DNA from: Candidatus Hadarchaeota archaeon
Lineage (GTDB): Archaea; Hadarchaeota; Hadarchaeia; Hadarchaeales; JAGGTB01
Assembly: GCA_964384105.1 (NCBI GenBank)
Contig: CAYLJV010000001.1
Coordinates: forward strand, 544,001 to 608,000
Direction: 5' to 3'
Length of the DNA stretch: 64,000 nucleotides
Part shown: piece after piece, positions 18,779 to 28,381 of the stretch
Layout of the letters: every line of letters starts with the position of its first letter
Numbering within the stretch: the first letter of the stretch is position 1
Translations under genes and position numbers: made by a program
The notes under the pieces: model-generated
What the model was told of the DNA's origin: nothing
The model's database searches: none
The model's input: only the letters and a program-made list of their open reading frames with translations

Positions 18779-19612
18779 TTAACTTTTAAAGCTATTTCGA
18801 ATTTTTTGAAGTTCGGATAAGCTGTATTTTAGGAAGGGATCCTCATTTTCGGGAATCCACCCTTCTACTGTCACAATTCCGTTAAATGGCCTAAGCTTGC
18901 TAAGAACTTTTTTAAAGTCTATATTTCCCTGTCCGAGGGTTAGATGGTCATCTTCGCCAGTATTATCACTTACATGGACATGAGCGATGTATTCTTTCAA
19001 TTCTTTTACGTATTCAAGTGGTCCAGTTTTTGTGGTATTTGCGTGGGCGATGTCGAGATTTAATTTAAGATTTTTCATATTAACTCTGTCTAAAACTTTC
19101 TTTATCTCCGGAATTCCAACACACATTGCCTTCTTTTTTGAGGATAAGTTTTCCATACAAATTTTGACACCAAAATTTTCGGCGAAACTGGTTATTTTCT
19201 TGAAGTTGTCCACCATTTTATTGAATACCATTTTCCTTTCGTATTTTCTAGATGCTATAAATCCAGGGTGAACAACCACGATGTCTGTACCGAGATAATC
19301 TGCAGTTTCTATACATTCTTTAAGTTGTGAGATAACTTCTTTTTCAATACCACGGTTTAGTGTGGCTATATTACAGTCATGGTAGGGTGCATGAAGAGAA
19401 ACACTAGTTTCTACTGTTGATAGCACCTCTTTTACTTCTTTTTTAGTTTTTTCCGCTTTTTCAGTCCCCCAACCTTTGAAAAAAGGACTTTCACAGTGTA
19501 TTTCTACGGCTTCAAAACCTAGGTCATCTACAGAATGAATTATGGCTTCAGGAATATTGAGTTTTTTATAGTCCCACATTATGGCAGTTGAAACGCCAAT
19601 TAGCATCTTCAA
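18779..19612 (-). CDS. Sugar phosphate isomerase/epimerase (AP endonuclease 2 TIM barrel)
   Basis: SLHAPY, VVHPG, MEN, LDIAHA, HVHVSDN, DDHL. Confidence 0.85.
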   Translation of the reverse strand: MKMLIGVSTAIMWDYKKLNIPEAIIHSVDDLGFEAVEIHCESPFFKGWGTEKAEKTKKEVKEVLSTVETSVSLHAPYHDCNIATLNRGIEKEVISQLKECIETADYLGTDIVVVHPGFIASRKYERKMVFNKMVDNFKKITSFAENFGVKICMENLSSKKKAMCVGIPEIKKVLDRVNMKNLKLNLDIAHANTTKTGPLEYVKELKEYIAHVHVSDNTGEDDHLTLGQGNIDFKKVLSKLRPFNGIVTVEGWIPENEDPFLKYSLSELQKIRNSFKS

Positions 19613-19626
19613 ACCTTGTTACCTTC

Positions 19627-20871
19627 CTACATTTTCAATGTCATTATTGGTTTTAATTTTGCCGCTATAGTAGAAAGATCAAATTCCATTGTTTTTCTTA
19701 TGACTTCTTTTCCTCTATAGGAATATGGCAATTCGTGAGGATTTGTGATTGTCATTTTCCCGAATTCAGAGATGCCACTATCTACTTCTATCTCACTCAC
19801 TTTAGAAGCGGGTTTGGGATTGGAAAGTTCGTAAACATTACCAAAATTTGTTGAGATTATATCTACATTTCGGTAGGAAAGTTCGACTTTGTATCCCCCT
19901 CCGTGTGGAAGGATGTTTATGTTTCTGAGCTTTTCTAGTAACCCTAATTTCCTTGCTCTTTCCTTGAATTCTAACCTTTCTATAACTTCTTCAGAGAGGT
20001 TTCTTTTACCTTTAAAGACGTAGACGGGGCAATCCCAACGAAGAGCCACAGGAAATAATCTGTTTTTCCCGGAATTATCCATTGTATTATAGCATCCTAA
20101 TCTCGCTTCGGTTTTCGAGAATAAACCTTGGTGAGTGAAGTTGGAGATAGTATTGAATTCTCCTACAACCTCTTGGGCCAAAGCTTCTCTTCTCTTCTTT
20201 GAAAATGCATCTAATCTTTTCCAATTTTCATAATATTCCTCAATTTCCTCTCCTTTTAGGGTACTTATTTTTCCGAGAGGGGTCTCGATTTTTTCACTTT
20301 TTTCTACGAATGAATAAACGCTGTTTTTTAGTTCGGGACTTGAAGAGTGAAGGATGGCGAAATAAGCATCTGAAGGAAGTATGCTAGAAAAATCTTCTGA
20401 GACTTCGAGGGGCTCGTAGAATTCAAAGAAATGATTACCTTTTCCGAAATCCGGTTTTATTTCAATTCCTTCTAGCTCTATATGTTCCTCGTTAACTTCA
20501 GATGCTCTTTTTACTACTTTTTTAGTGTCGGGTATTTCTTCAAGGCGCATTAGGATCATACCGCATCCATTTGGTCTTATTTCGGGGAAAGACACGTTTT
20601 CATCTTCCCACCCGATTACACCGCCGTAACCGTATCCTGAGAGCCACCTTTTCTTGTTTCTTGTGATGGATGCATCAGGTGCAAAAACACAGTAGACGTT
20701 AGAATTGTTTAAGGCGTACATCATTTTTCCTAGGCCGTAGAGGGTATTTTTATAGGAAAGTGCGGAGCCTAGGTCTCTTTTTCCAAGTGAGAAAACTCTT
20801 TCTTCTGCAAGGGAGAGTAAATCTTTGCCTGAAAGTGATCTTATGTCTTCCATTTTTATCACCAATTCCAA
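19627..20871 (-). CDS. Divergent RtcB-fold protein
   Basis: Collinear RtcB-like motifs APDAS, GYGYGGV, NGCG, GKGNHFFE, LHSSS, THQG, PHGGG, ELPYSYR, KLKPIMTLK. Confidence 0.7.
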   Translation of the reverse strand: MELVIKMEDIRSLSGKDLLSLAEERVFSLGKRDLGSALSYKNTLYGLGKMMYALNNSNVYCVFAPDASITRNKKRWLSGYGYGGVIGWEDENVSFPEIRPNGCGMILMRLEEIPDTKKVVKRASEVNEEHIELEGIEIKPDFGKGNHFFEFYEPLEVSEDFSSILPSDAYFAILHSSSPELKNSVYSFVEKSEKIETPLGKISTLKGEEIEEYYENWKRLDAFSKKRREALAQEVVGEFNTISNFTHQGLFSKTEARLGCYNTMDNSGKNRLFPVALRWDCPVYVFKGKRNLSEEVIERLEFKERARKLGLLEKLRNINILPHGGGYKVELSYRNVDIISTNFGNVYELSNPKPASKVSEIEVDSGISEFGKMTITNPHELPYSYRGKEVIRKTMEFDLSTIAAKLKPIMTLKM

Positions 20872-21113
20872 ATTAGAGCTTATAAGTAGACGGTTTTCCA
20901 GTATATGAATTTAATCTATTGATTGAATCCGACTACCGCTTATAAGTTCTGTCAGAAAAACTTGAAAAAGGTATATGATGAGGAGATTTGGAATAAATTT
21001 TGACTTCAATCGAAAAATACAATTAAAAAAATAGAAATAAAAATCCAACCGGTTTTAGAGGTTTTTTGATTTTGGGTTAGAATTAAATTTTTTGACTTCT
21101 AACAAATATATAC

Positions 21114-23327
21114 ATGTCTTCTCAGGAAGAGGTAGGATCGAAAAGCTTTGGTGCTTTTTCGGGAGTATTCGTACCGACTTTTCTAAGTATAATGGGAGTT
21201 ATCTTCTTCTTGCGATTAGGTTACGTCGTGGGGGTCGGTGGTGTGGCAGGTTCGATTCTTATTATTCTGATATCAGTTTCTGTCACGTTCGCCACTGGCT
21301 TATCTCTCAGTTCTATAACCACTAACATAAAAATAGGTCCAGGTGGAGCATATTCCATCATCTCCAAAACACTCGGTATAGAAATAGGAGGTAGCGTCGG
21401 CGTCCCGCTTTTTCTCGCACAAGCATTTTCTGTGGCTCTCTATATATTTGGGTTCGCGGAAACCTGGGTTTTCATATTTCCCGAACACCCCTTTTTGCTG
21501 GTTGCTTTGGGGATATTTGGGGCCCTTTTTCTCCTCGTGTTTATAAGTACAAAAATTGCGGTGCAGGCCCAGACGGTAGTATTTTTAGCGGTCTGTGTCT
21601 CCTTAATCTCCGTCTTTGCCGGAGGTAATCTACTTGACATAGGAAGCAGATCTCTCACAACACCCATTCTCGGGGCTTTTGCGGAGATGGACTTCTGGTC
21701 ACTCTTTGCTCTTTTCTTTCCGGCAGTAACAGGACTTATGGCCGGGATCGGGATGTCTGGCGAGTTGAGTGATCCAAAAAGGCAGATTCCCCGAGGAGTC
21801 TTACTTGGACTGGGAATAACGACCGTTCTCTATATCCTTCTAGTCGTATGGTTCGGTTACTCCGCTACCACGGCCGAACTTATAGACAATCCCCTTCTTA
21901 TCGTGGAGTTCGCTGCTTTCTCTCCCGCAGTTCTAGTGGGAATTCTCGCAGCGACCTTTTCCAGCGCCCTCACAACAATCATAGCCGCCCCACGAGTTCT
22001 ACAGGCCCTGTCACGGAATAGAGTTTTGCCATTCAGTGATATGCTGACCAAGAAAACAGAAAAAGGAGAGCCTAGAAACGCGACTTTACTTACGGGGTTG
22101 ATCGTCGTGATACTGTTGCTCATAGGGTCTCTCAACTCGATCGCTCAGATCCTAACCATGTTCTTTCTGATAGCTTACATGATGATTAACGTCTCCGTAT
22201 TTATCGAGCAATTCCTGGGTCTACCAAGTTTCAGGCCCACGTTTAGAGTTCCAAAGGTAATCCCTCTCTATGGAGCAATATCATCGTTTGTAATAATGTT
22301 TCTCATCAATATCCCTGCTGGAATTGGTGCTCTGGCTTTCGTTTTCGTAATGTATCTATTTCTAGTGAACAGGAAATTGAAACAGGAATCAGGAGACGTT
22401 CGTTCGGGTCTGTTCAGGGAGATCTCAGAATGGGCCACTAAGAAGATAAGAAAATTACCCGAATCGAGGGAGCATATATGGAAACCAAACTTATTGCTCC
22501 CAGTTCTGACAACTCGAACTCTTTCAGGGAACTTCCCACTAATAAAGTCGATAGCTTATCCTCACGGCACAATGACCGTGTTGGGATTTAAACTTACCAG
22601 AAATATCGATGACAACCCAGAGGTAGGAGAAGAGATCACAAAGGCGCAGATGGATAGAGAGCTAGAACAACTGCCCAAGCTTGTAAAAAGGTTCGGTGAA
22701 GAGGGAATATTCACCAATTTCTCCATGATAGAGTCAAAAGACTACGTTGAAGGCGTTCTTACATCTCTAGGGGCTATTTCTAGTCAAGTATTTTCCCCAA
22801 ACATACTTTTCTTACCTTTCAGACCCGACAAGATTTCAAAGTCGTCTCTGAAGAGAATAGCCAATACTTCAAAAGATGCTGGAAACGGCATCATCATCTT
22901 CGACAGAGACAAGGAGCTGGGACTAGGTTCCGAGAAGGAAATTCATCTTTGGATCTCCTCAGAAGCATTGGATAAAGATTTCGAAGAGGACAGATATTAC
23001 GATCTGGCAGGGCTGGTAGCCAACGAAATAAAAGAGAATTGGGACGGTACCATCAATCTGCACATGTGCATTTGTGAGAAAACAGAAAGGAAAGTGAAAA
23101 ACTATCTAAAAAAATTGATTGATGAGGCGAGGTTCTCCCCAGAAGACACTAAAATAAATATTGAAACGAAAGAGTTTATCGAAGCTTTACAGGAAGCACC
23201 AGATGGAGATCTTCATATAGTGCCATTTGATAGCTCGGACCTAAGTACGGTATTTGAGGCTGTAGAAGTAAAAGATAAATCCTACCTTTTTGTCTTCGAC
23301 TCGGGTAAGGAAAACTTACTGAGCTGA
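21114..23327 (+). CDS. Cation-chloride cotransporter (SLC12/APC family)
   Basis: FGAFSGVFVPTFLSIMGVIFFLR, GGAYSIISKTLG, FFPAVTGLMAG, WKPNLL cytoplasmic C-terminal domain. Confidence 0.9.
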   Translation: MSSQEEVGSKSFGAFSGVFVPTFLSIMGVIFFLRLGYVVGVGGVAGSILIILISVSVTFATGLSLSSITTNIKIGPGGAYSIISKTLGIEIGGSVGVPLFLAQAFSVALYIFGFAETWVFIFPEHPFLLVALGIFGALFLLVFISTKIAVQAQTVVFLAVCVSLISVFAGGNLLDIGSRSLTTPILGAFAEMDFWSLFALFFPAVTGLMAGIGMSGELSDPKRQIPRGVLLGLGITTVLYILLVVWFGYSATTAELIDNPLLIVEFAAFSPAVLVGILAATFSSALTTIIAAPRVLQALSRNRVLPFSDMLTKKTEKGEPRNATLLTGLIVVILLLIGSLNSIAQILTMFFLIAYMMINVSVFIEQFLGLPSFRPTFRVPKVIPLYGAISSFVIMFLINIPAGIGALAFVFVMYLFLVNRKLKQESGDVRSGLFREISEWATKKIRKLPESREHIWKPNLLLPVLTTRTLSGNFPLIKSIAYPHGTMTVLGFKLTRNIDDNPEVGEEITKAQMDRELEQLPKLVKRFGEEGIFTNFSMIESKDYVEGVLTSLGAISSQVFSPNILFLPFRPDKISKSSLKRIANTSKDAGNGIIIFDRDKELGLGSEKEIHLWISSEALDKDFEEDRYYDLAGLVANEIKENWDGTINLHMCICEKTERKVKNYLKKLIDEARFSPEDTKINIETKEFIEALQEAPDGDLHIVPFDSSDLSTVFEAVEVKDKSYLFVFDSGKENLLS

Positions 23328-23574
23328 TAACAAAGTCCGGGGGATTAACTAGAAATTGCTTAGTTTTCTTCGCTTTCTTTTTTTACTCCTTTTTCTTTAC
23401 CTTACTCTCTAGAATTCTTTGAAATATTGACATTTTGAACAAGCTCCAGTACACAATTATTTCTAGTTATTTATCGTCTTCGAAACTAATCTGACGAAAA
23501 TCTTTAAGTTTATATGAACTTTGTATCGTTTACGAAACATAATTTTTAAATTCTCGATTACAATATTTAACCAA

Positions 23575-24117
23575 ATGAAAGTAGAACATTTGAAAGTCGG
23601 CCTTTTGTTAGCGATAGTTATTCTAGTTTGTGCTACTGCAGTTTCCTACTTTACTTTAGATCATTTTTATGGAGCTTCTGAGACCGGTCAAAAATTAGAT
23701 TTAGAGGCTCAGACAACCACCGAATCTGCTAGAGTTCCCAGTTCTGCCCCATTTGATGTTGTTCCTGTTTCCGTGATTATAGGAGTCAGCATGGCGGGAC
23801 TCACATTGGCTGTTTGGAGCGGAAGTCAGGTTAGTTCCACCTCAGCAAAGTTACAGGGAACTGCAACTACGATACTTTTGAACGAGGGGTTGGAAGATAT
23901 GACTGTCAGAGATGTCGAAATAGTTAGTCGAATGATTAGTAAAAGTGAATTTACTGTCCCTCAACTGCTTAGAGGGGCCCAAGTCTCGAGGTCTTCGGTT
24001 TGGAAATTGGTAAAGAAAATGGTTGATAAGGGTCTTGTGGAAGAAACGGGTAAGGAGAGGCTACCTGATAGCGGCAGAGGTAAGCCCAGTAAGGTTTACA
24101 GATATGTTGGACCCTAG
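23575..24117 (+). CDS. Membrane-anchored winged-helix regulator
   Basis: Two hydrophobic segments, then FTVPQLLRGAQVSRSSVWKLVKKMVDKGLV and wing GRGKPSKVY; ATG 23575 preferred over TTG 23521. Confidence 0.75.
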   Translation: MKVEHLKVGLLLAIVILVCATAVSYFTLDHFYGASETGQKLDLEAQTTTESARVPSSAPFDVVPVSVIIGVSMAGLTLAVWSGSQVSSTSAKLQGTATTILLNEGLEDMTVRDVEIVSRMISKSEFTVPQLLRGAQVSRSSVWKLVKKMVDKGLVEETGKERLPDSGRGKPSKVYRYVGP

Positions 24118-24218
24118 GTCCGGGTAATAATCGGGAAAGACCAGATTTATGCACTAATTTTTGGTCATTATAGGGTAAATAAAATAAACTCTTGTGATAA
24201 AACCGAGTAGGTGTGTAG

Positions 24219-26036
24219 ATGAAACTCCTGTTAATTCACGCGGATTTTCTGGAGTTCGAGGCTAAAGAAAAGACGAAATTAGCTGAAGACGTTCCAGAGG
24301 AAGAAAAGTCTGGAAGGGCAGAGGAAACTCTCGTTGCTTTTATGGCGATAGAGAGGGAAGACGAGGATAATCCCGACTTAGTGATAGAAAAGGCTTATGA
24401 TGAAATAGAGGATGTTCGAGGGAAGGTTAATGCAGAATCGGTTGTTGTTTATCCTTACGCTCATTTGAGTCAATCTTTATCTTCTCCAGACACCGCGATC
24501 AAGGTTTTAGACGGAATTAAGGAAAGATTAGAGAAGAATGGAGTAGATGTTCTTAGGGCACCTTTCGGCTGGTATAAGAGTTTTAGTTTGAGTTGTAAAG
24601 GACATCCTCTCTCGGAGCTTTCCAGGGAGATCACTCCTGAGGAACCCGAAGAAGAGGTGAAGGAAGTAAAGAGCGGATGGATAGTAATCGACGAAAAAGG
24701 TGAGGAGCACGACCCGCTTAGTTTTTCTGGATCCAAGGAGTTTAAGAAGATAATAAAGTACGAAGTCGAGGACACTGTTGACAAGGGGGAGGAACCACCT
24801 CACATCCGCTTGATGAAAGAGAAAGAGTTAGTTGGTTATGATAAATTGAGCGATCCCGGGAATCTCAGATGGTATCCAAATGGGAAACTCGTCAGGGATC
24901 TGATTATTGACTATGTTAATGGGATAACTATCGACTACGGAGCGGTGAATGTAGAAACACCGGTCATGTATGATCTGGGAGACAAGGCAATTTCGGAGCA
25001 TTCTAGCAAGTTTGGCGAAAGGCAATATAGATTCGAGAGTGGGAATCGAGAAATGGTTTTGCGATTTGCGGCCTGCTTTGGAATGTTCTCTATGATGAAT
25101 GAGATGTTTCTCACAGGTGAGAATTTGCCGTTGAAGATGTACGAGCTTTCTACTTACTCTTTCAGGCGAGAACAAAAAGGGGAACTCATGGGTTTAAGAA
25201 GGCAGAGAGCCTTCACTATGCCTGATATGCATACTGTTTGTAGCGATTTGGACGAAGCGAGAGATGAGTTCGGAAAGCAGGTTAAGTGGACGCTCGAAAC
25301 TGAGAGAGTTTTGGAGCTGAGTTATCACATAATTTTCAGAGCTACTAAGGATTTCTACGAGGAAAATGAAGATTGGATAAAAGCGTTAATAAAGGATATT
25401 GGAAGACCCGCTCTGGCTGAGATTATAGAGGAGAGAAAGCATTATTGGGTGGCTAAGTGTGACTTGGCGGCCTTGGATGCTCTTGGAAGACCCCTTGAAA
25501 ATCCAACGGTTCAGATAGATGTGGAAAGCGCCGACCGTTTTGATATAACCATTTATGAGGACGAGGAGAAAGTCCGGCCTCCGATATTACATACTAGTCC
25601 AACTGGGAGTATCGAGAGGGTTCTTTGTGCCATATTAGAGCGGATTTCTGAAGACGAAAAACCCCAGTTTCCTCTATGGCTTTCACCAACTCAGGTTAGG
25701 ATTATTCCAGTGGGGGAGGAACACCTGGAGCCTTGTCAAGAAATTGCCGAAAAGATCTCTTCTAACAAAATAAGGGTGGATATCGATGATAGGGATAGAA
25801 CGGTAGGTAAGCGAATTAGGCGGGCAGAGAAAGATTGGGTTCCATATACCATCGTTTTTGGAGATAGAGAAGTTGGCTCAGAAGAGGTTCCGGTGAGAGT
25901 AAGGGAAAAGAATAAGGAAATTCCTATGAGTATCGAAGAGCTGATCGAAGAAATAAATGAGAAGGTTAGTGGAAAGCCATTTAGGCCCCTTTCACTCTCG
26001 AGATTGTTATCTAGTAGACCTTCATTTTCTCGATAA
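24219..26036 (+). CDS. thrS: Threonine-tRNA ligase, archaeal type with N-terminal editing domain
   Basis: MKLLLIHAD, YPYAHLS, RAPFGWYK, CKGHPLSELS, FAAC, PLWLSPTQVR. Confidence 0.97.
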   Translation: MKLLLIHADFLEFEAKEKTKLAEDVPEEEKSGRAEETLVAFMAIEREDEDNPDLVIEKAYDEIEDVRGKVNAESVVVYPYAHLSQSLSSPDTAIKVLDGIKERLEKNGVDVLRAPFGWYKSFSLSCKGHPLSELSREITPEEPEEEVKEVKSGWIVIDEKGEEHDPLSFSGSKEFKKIIKYEVEDTVDKGEEPPHIRLMKEKELVGYDKLSDPGNLRWYPNGKLVRDLIIDYVNGITIDYGAVNVETPVMYDLGDKAISEHSSKFGERQYRFESGNREMVLRFAACFGMFSMMNEMFLTGENLPLKMYELSTYSFRREQKGELMGLRRQRAFTMPDMHTVCSDLDEARDEFGKQVKWTLETERVLELSYHIIFRATKDFYEENEDWIKALIKDIGRPALAEIIEERKHYWVAKCDLAALDALGRPLENPTVQIDVESADRFDITIYEDEEKVRPPILHTSPTGSIERVLCAILERISEDEKPQFPLWLSPTQVRIIPVGEEHLEPCQEIAEKISSNKIRVDIDDRDRTVGKRIRRAEKDWVPYTIVFGDREVGSEEVPVRVREKNKEIPMSIEELIEEINEKVSGKPFRPLSLSRLLSSRPSFSR

Positions 26037-26050
26037 TTGCAGATTTCTAT

Positions 26051-28363
26051 CTATTGCTTTGGATCATGTATAATGGAGTAGGTCTGTCCTATTGATATTC
26101 CTCCATCTCCCGGTGGAATTTTTTCTTTTCTCACGAAGTTCAATCCATGATCCTTGACCATTTTTTGGGTTGTCCTAGTTATCGAATCGTTGTAGAATAC
26201 ACCCCCAGAAACTCCGATATTCTTTATTCCTCTATCTTTTGCTTCACTTATTGCAATTTGAGCGAATCCTCTAGCTATGGCCTTTTGCGCTGCTGCTGCG
26301 ATGTCTCTTCTTTCAGCTCCGTCTTCTAGTTTATTGACGATCTCGAGAATCAGTTTTTTAACATCTATTAATTCTCCCTCTCCTTTTTTTTCGAAAGAGG
26401 GGTTTATCTTAACAGAGTTAGCATCGCCGGATTCCGCGAAGGCCTCTAGTTTTATAGCGGGTTCCCCCTCGTAGGTTCTTTCGCCACAAACTCCCAAGAG
26501 GCAAGAAATAGCGTCCAATACTCTGCCTGTACTGCTTGTTGAGGGGGTGTTTATGTTTTTAGCGAGCTGTTGGAAAATTATTTTTACCTTATCTTCACTA
26601 AGCCATTTCTCACAATATTTATTCAAAATATCTCCTATCAAGTCGGTATCATTTGAATCCTTCCACAATATTCCGGCCAGCGCCCTTGCAGGGAACTTAG
26701 CTGCCAGATCACCCCCCGGTAATTTGTATGGTTCTATCCCTCCGATTCTCTGGAACCCATTATCAGTATACTCCATTATTTCGCCCCCCCAAATCGTCCC
26801 ATCTTCTCCGTAGCCGACTCCATCTGCTGCGATCCCCACCATCTCATTGACGTTCTTCTCCGCCATTAAGGAATAGAGATGGGCTTTGTGATGTTGTACC
26901 CGAATTAGTTCCGCGTTCATCTCTTCTGACATTTCTTCTCCGAGTTCTGTTGTAGAAAAGTCGGGGTGGAGATCGCAGGCTATATAATCCGGTTTTTTTA
27001 TACCGAGCCAATTCATGAATCTGTCTGCCGTTGACTTCAGATATTCTATGTTTTCAATATTTTCTATATCTCCAAGATACTGGCTGGGGAATATCCTATT
27101 GTCTTTAGAGATTGAGATGGTATTATCCAGATCGGCTCCGAGGCTTAGTATCGACTTTTCGTTTTTTATCTCCGTTTTTATTGGGGTAGGTACATACCCC
27201 CGAGATCTTCTCAAAAAGGCACTTTTTCCTCCACTTAGTCTTACGACAGAATCATCACATCTGTTTATAATTTCCCTATTGTGTAGTAGGAAATAATCCA
27301 CTTTTTCAGAGAGCTTGAAGATGGCCTTTTGATTTTCTATTATCATCGGTAGGCCCGGCATGTTGGCGCTAGTCATAACGTATGCCGGTTCCTTGCCGTA
27401 GTGAAATAAGAGGAAATGAATGCCGGAATAGGGTAGCATGACACCTATTGAATCCAGTCCTGGTGAAATCAGTTCTGATAGGGAGAATTCTTTCCTTTTT
27501 TTGAGTAGGAGGATAGGCCGTTCGTAGGAGGTCAGAATTTCCTCCTCTTTCTTAGTCACTCTGGCGAATTCCTTTGTTTTCTCTAAATTGTTAGACATGA
27601 TAGCTAGAGGTTGTTGTGGTCGTCTGAATCTTCTTCTCAATTCTTCTAGAACTGAGTCATCTGTTACTTTAGAAGCTACGTGCATTCCACCTATCCCCTT
27701 AATTGCGACTATTTTCCCCGAATCAAGTAGTTTGGAAGCTTTTTTTATTGGCTTGTCCGTTTTTATTTCCATGCCGTCGCTTCCATGTAAGCGCATTTTG
27801 GGTCCTTGTTTTGGACAACAATTGGGTTCTGCATGATATCGTCTGTCTGAGGGTTCTGTGTACTCTCTTTGACAATCTTCACAGAGCGGGAAGTCTGCCA
27901 TCGATGTCCTTTCTCTATCGTAAGGTAGACTTTTTATTACAGTGAATCGAGGTCCACAGTTGACACAGGTAATGAAGGGGTAGTGATATCTTCTATCGTT
28001 TGGATCCATCATCTCTTGATAACATTCATCACAAAGGCAGATATCTGGCGGAATTACGGAAGGTTTTCCTCTCTTATCTTGATCGCTCTCAAGTATCCGA
28101 AAATCTTCGAGTCCAGAAACGTTCTGAGACCATCTGGCTTTTACTTTTTCCACTTTTGATAGTGGTGGGTTGTCCTTTTTGAGCGCATGTAGAAACTTCC
28201 GGATGTTTTTTTCTTCTCCTTCTAGGACTATATTTACTCCTGCGTCTCCCATGTTTTTTACTGACCCGCTCAAATTGAATTTCTCTGCAGTCCGGTAGCA
28301 GAAAGGTCTGAAACCCACTCCTTGTACTATTCCCTCTACTTTGACTTTGGCTCTTTTTTTCAT
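26051..28363 (-). CDS. hypF: Carbamoyltransferase HypF
   Basis: Acylphosphatase GIVQGVGFRPF, zinc fingers, KGIGG, QHHKAH, DGVGYG, PGDGGISIGQ. Confidence 0.95.
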   Translation of the reverse strand: MKKRAKVKVEGIVQGVGFRPFCYRTAEKFNLSGSVKNMGDAGVNIVLEGEEKNIRKFLHALKKDNPPLSKVEKVKARWSQNVSGLEDFRILESDQDKRGKPSVIPPDICLCDECYQEMMDPNDRRYHYPFITCVNCGPRFTVIKSLPYDRERTSMADFPLCEDCQREYTEPSDRRYHAEPNCCPKQGPKMRLHGSDGMEIKTDKPIKKASKLLDSGKIVAIKGIGGMHVASKVTDDSVLEELRRRFRRPQQPLAIMSNNLEKTKEFARVTKKEEEILTSYERPILLLKKRKEFSLSELISPGLDSIGVMLPYSGIHFLLFHYGKEPAYVMTSANMPGLPMIIENQKAIFKLSEKVDYFLLHNREIINRCDDSVVRLSGGKSAFLRRSRGYVPTPIKTEIKNEKSILSLGADLDNTISISKDNRIFPSQYLGDIENIENIEYLKSTADRFMNWLGIKKPDYIACDLHPDFSTTELGEEMSEEMNAELIRVQHHKAHLYSLMAEKNVNEMVGIAADGVGYGEDGTIWGGEIMEYTDNGFQRIGGIEPYKLPGGDLAAKFPARALAGILWKDSNDTDLIGDILNKYCEKWLSEDKVKIIFQQLAKNINTPSTSSTGRVLDAISCLLGVCGERTYEGEPAIKLEAFAESGDANSVKINPSFEKKGEGELIDVKKLILEIVNKLEDGAERRDIAAAAQKAIARGFAQIAISEAKDRGIKNIGVSGGVFYNDSITRTTQKMVKDHGLNFVRKEKIPPGDGGISIGQTYSIIHDPKQ

Positions 28364-28381
28364 TTTTCGTAACCAAAATAT

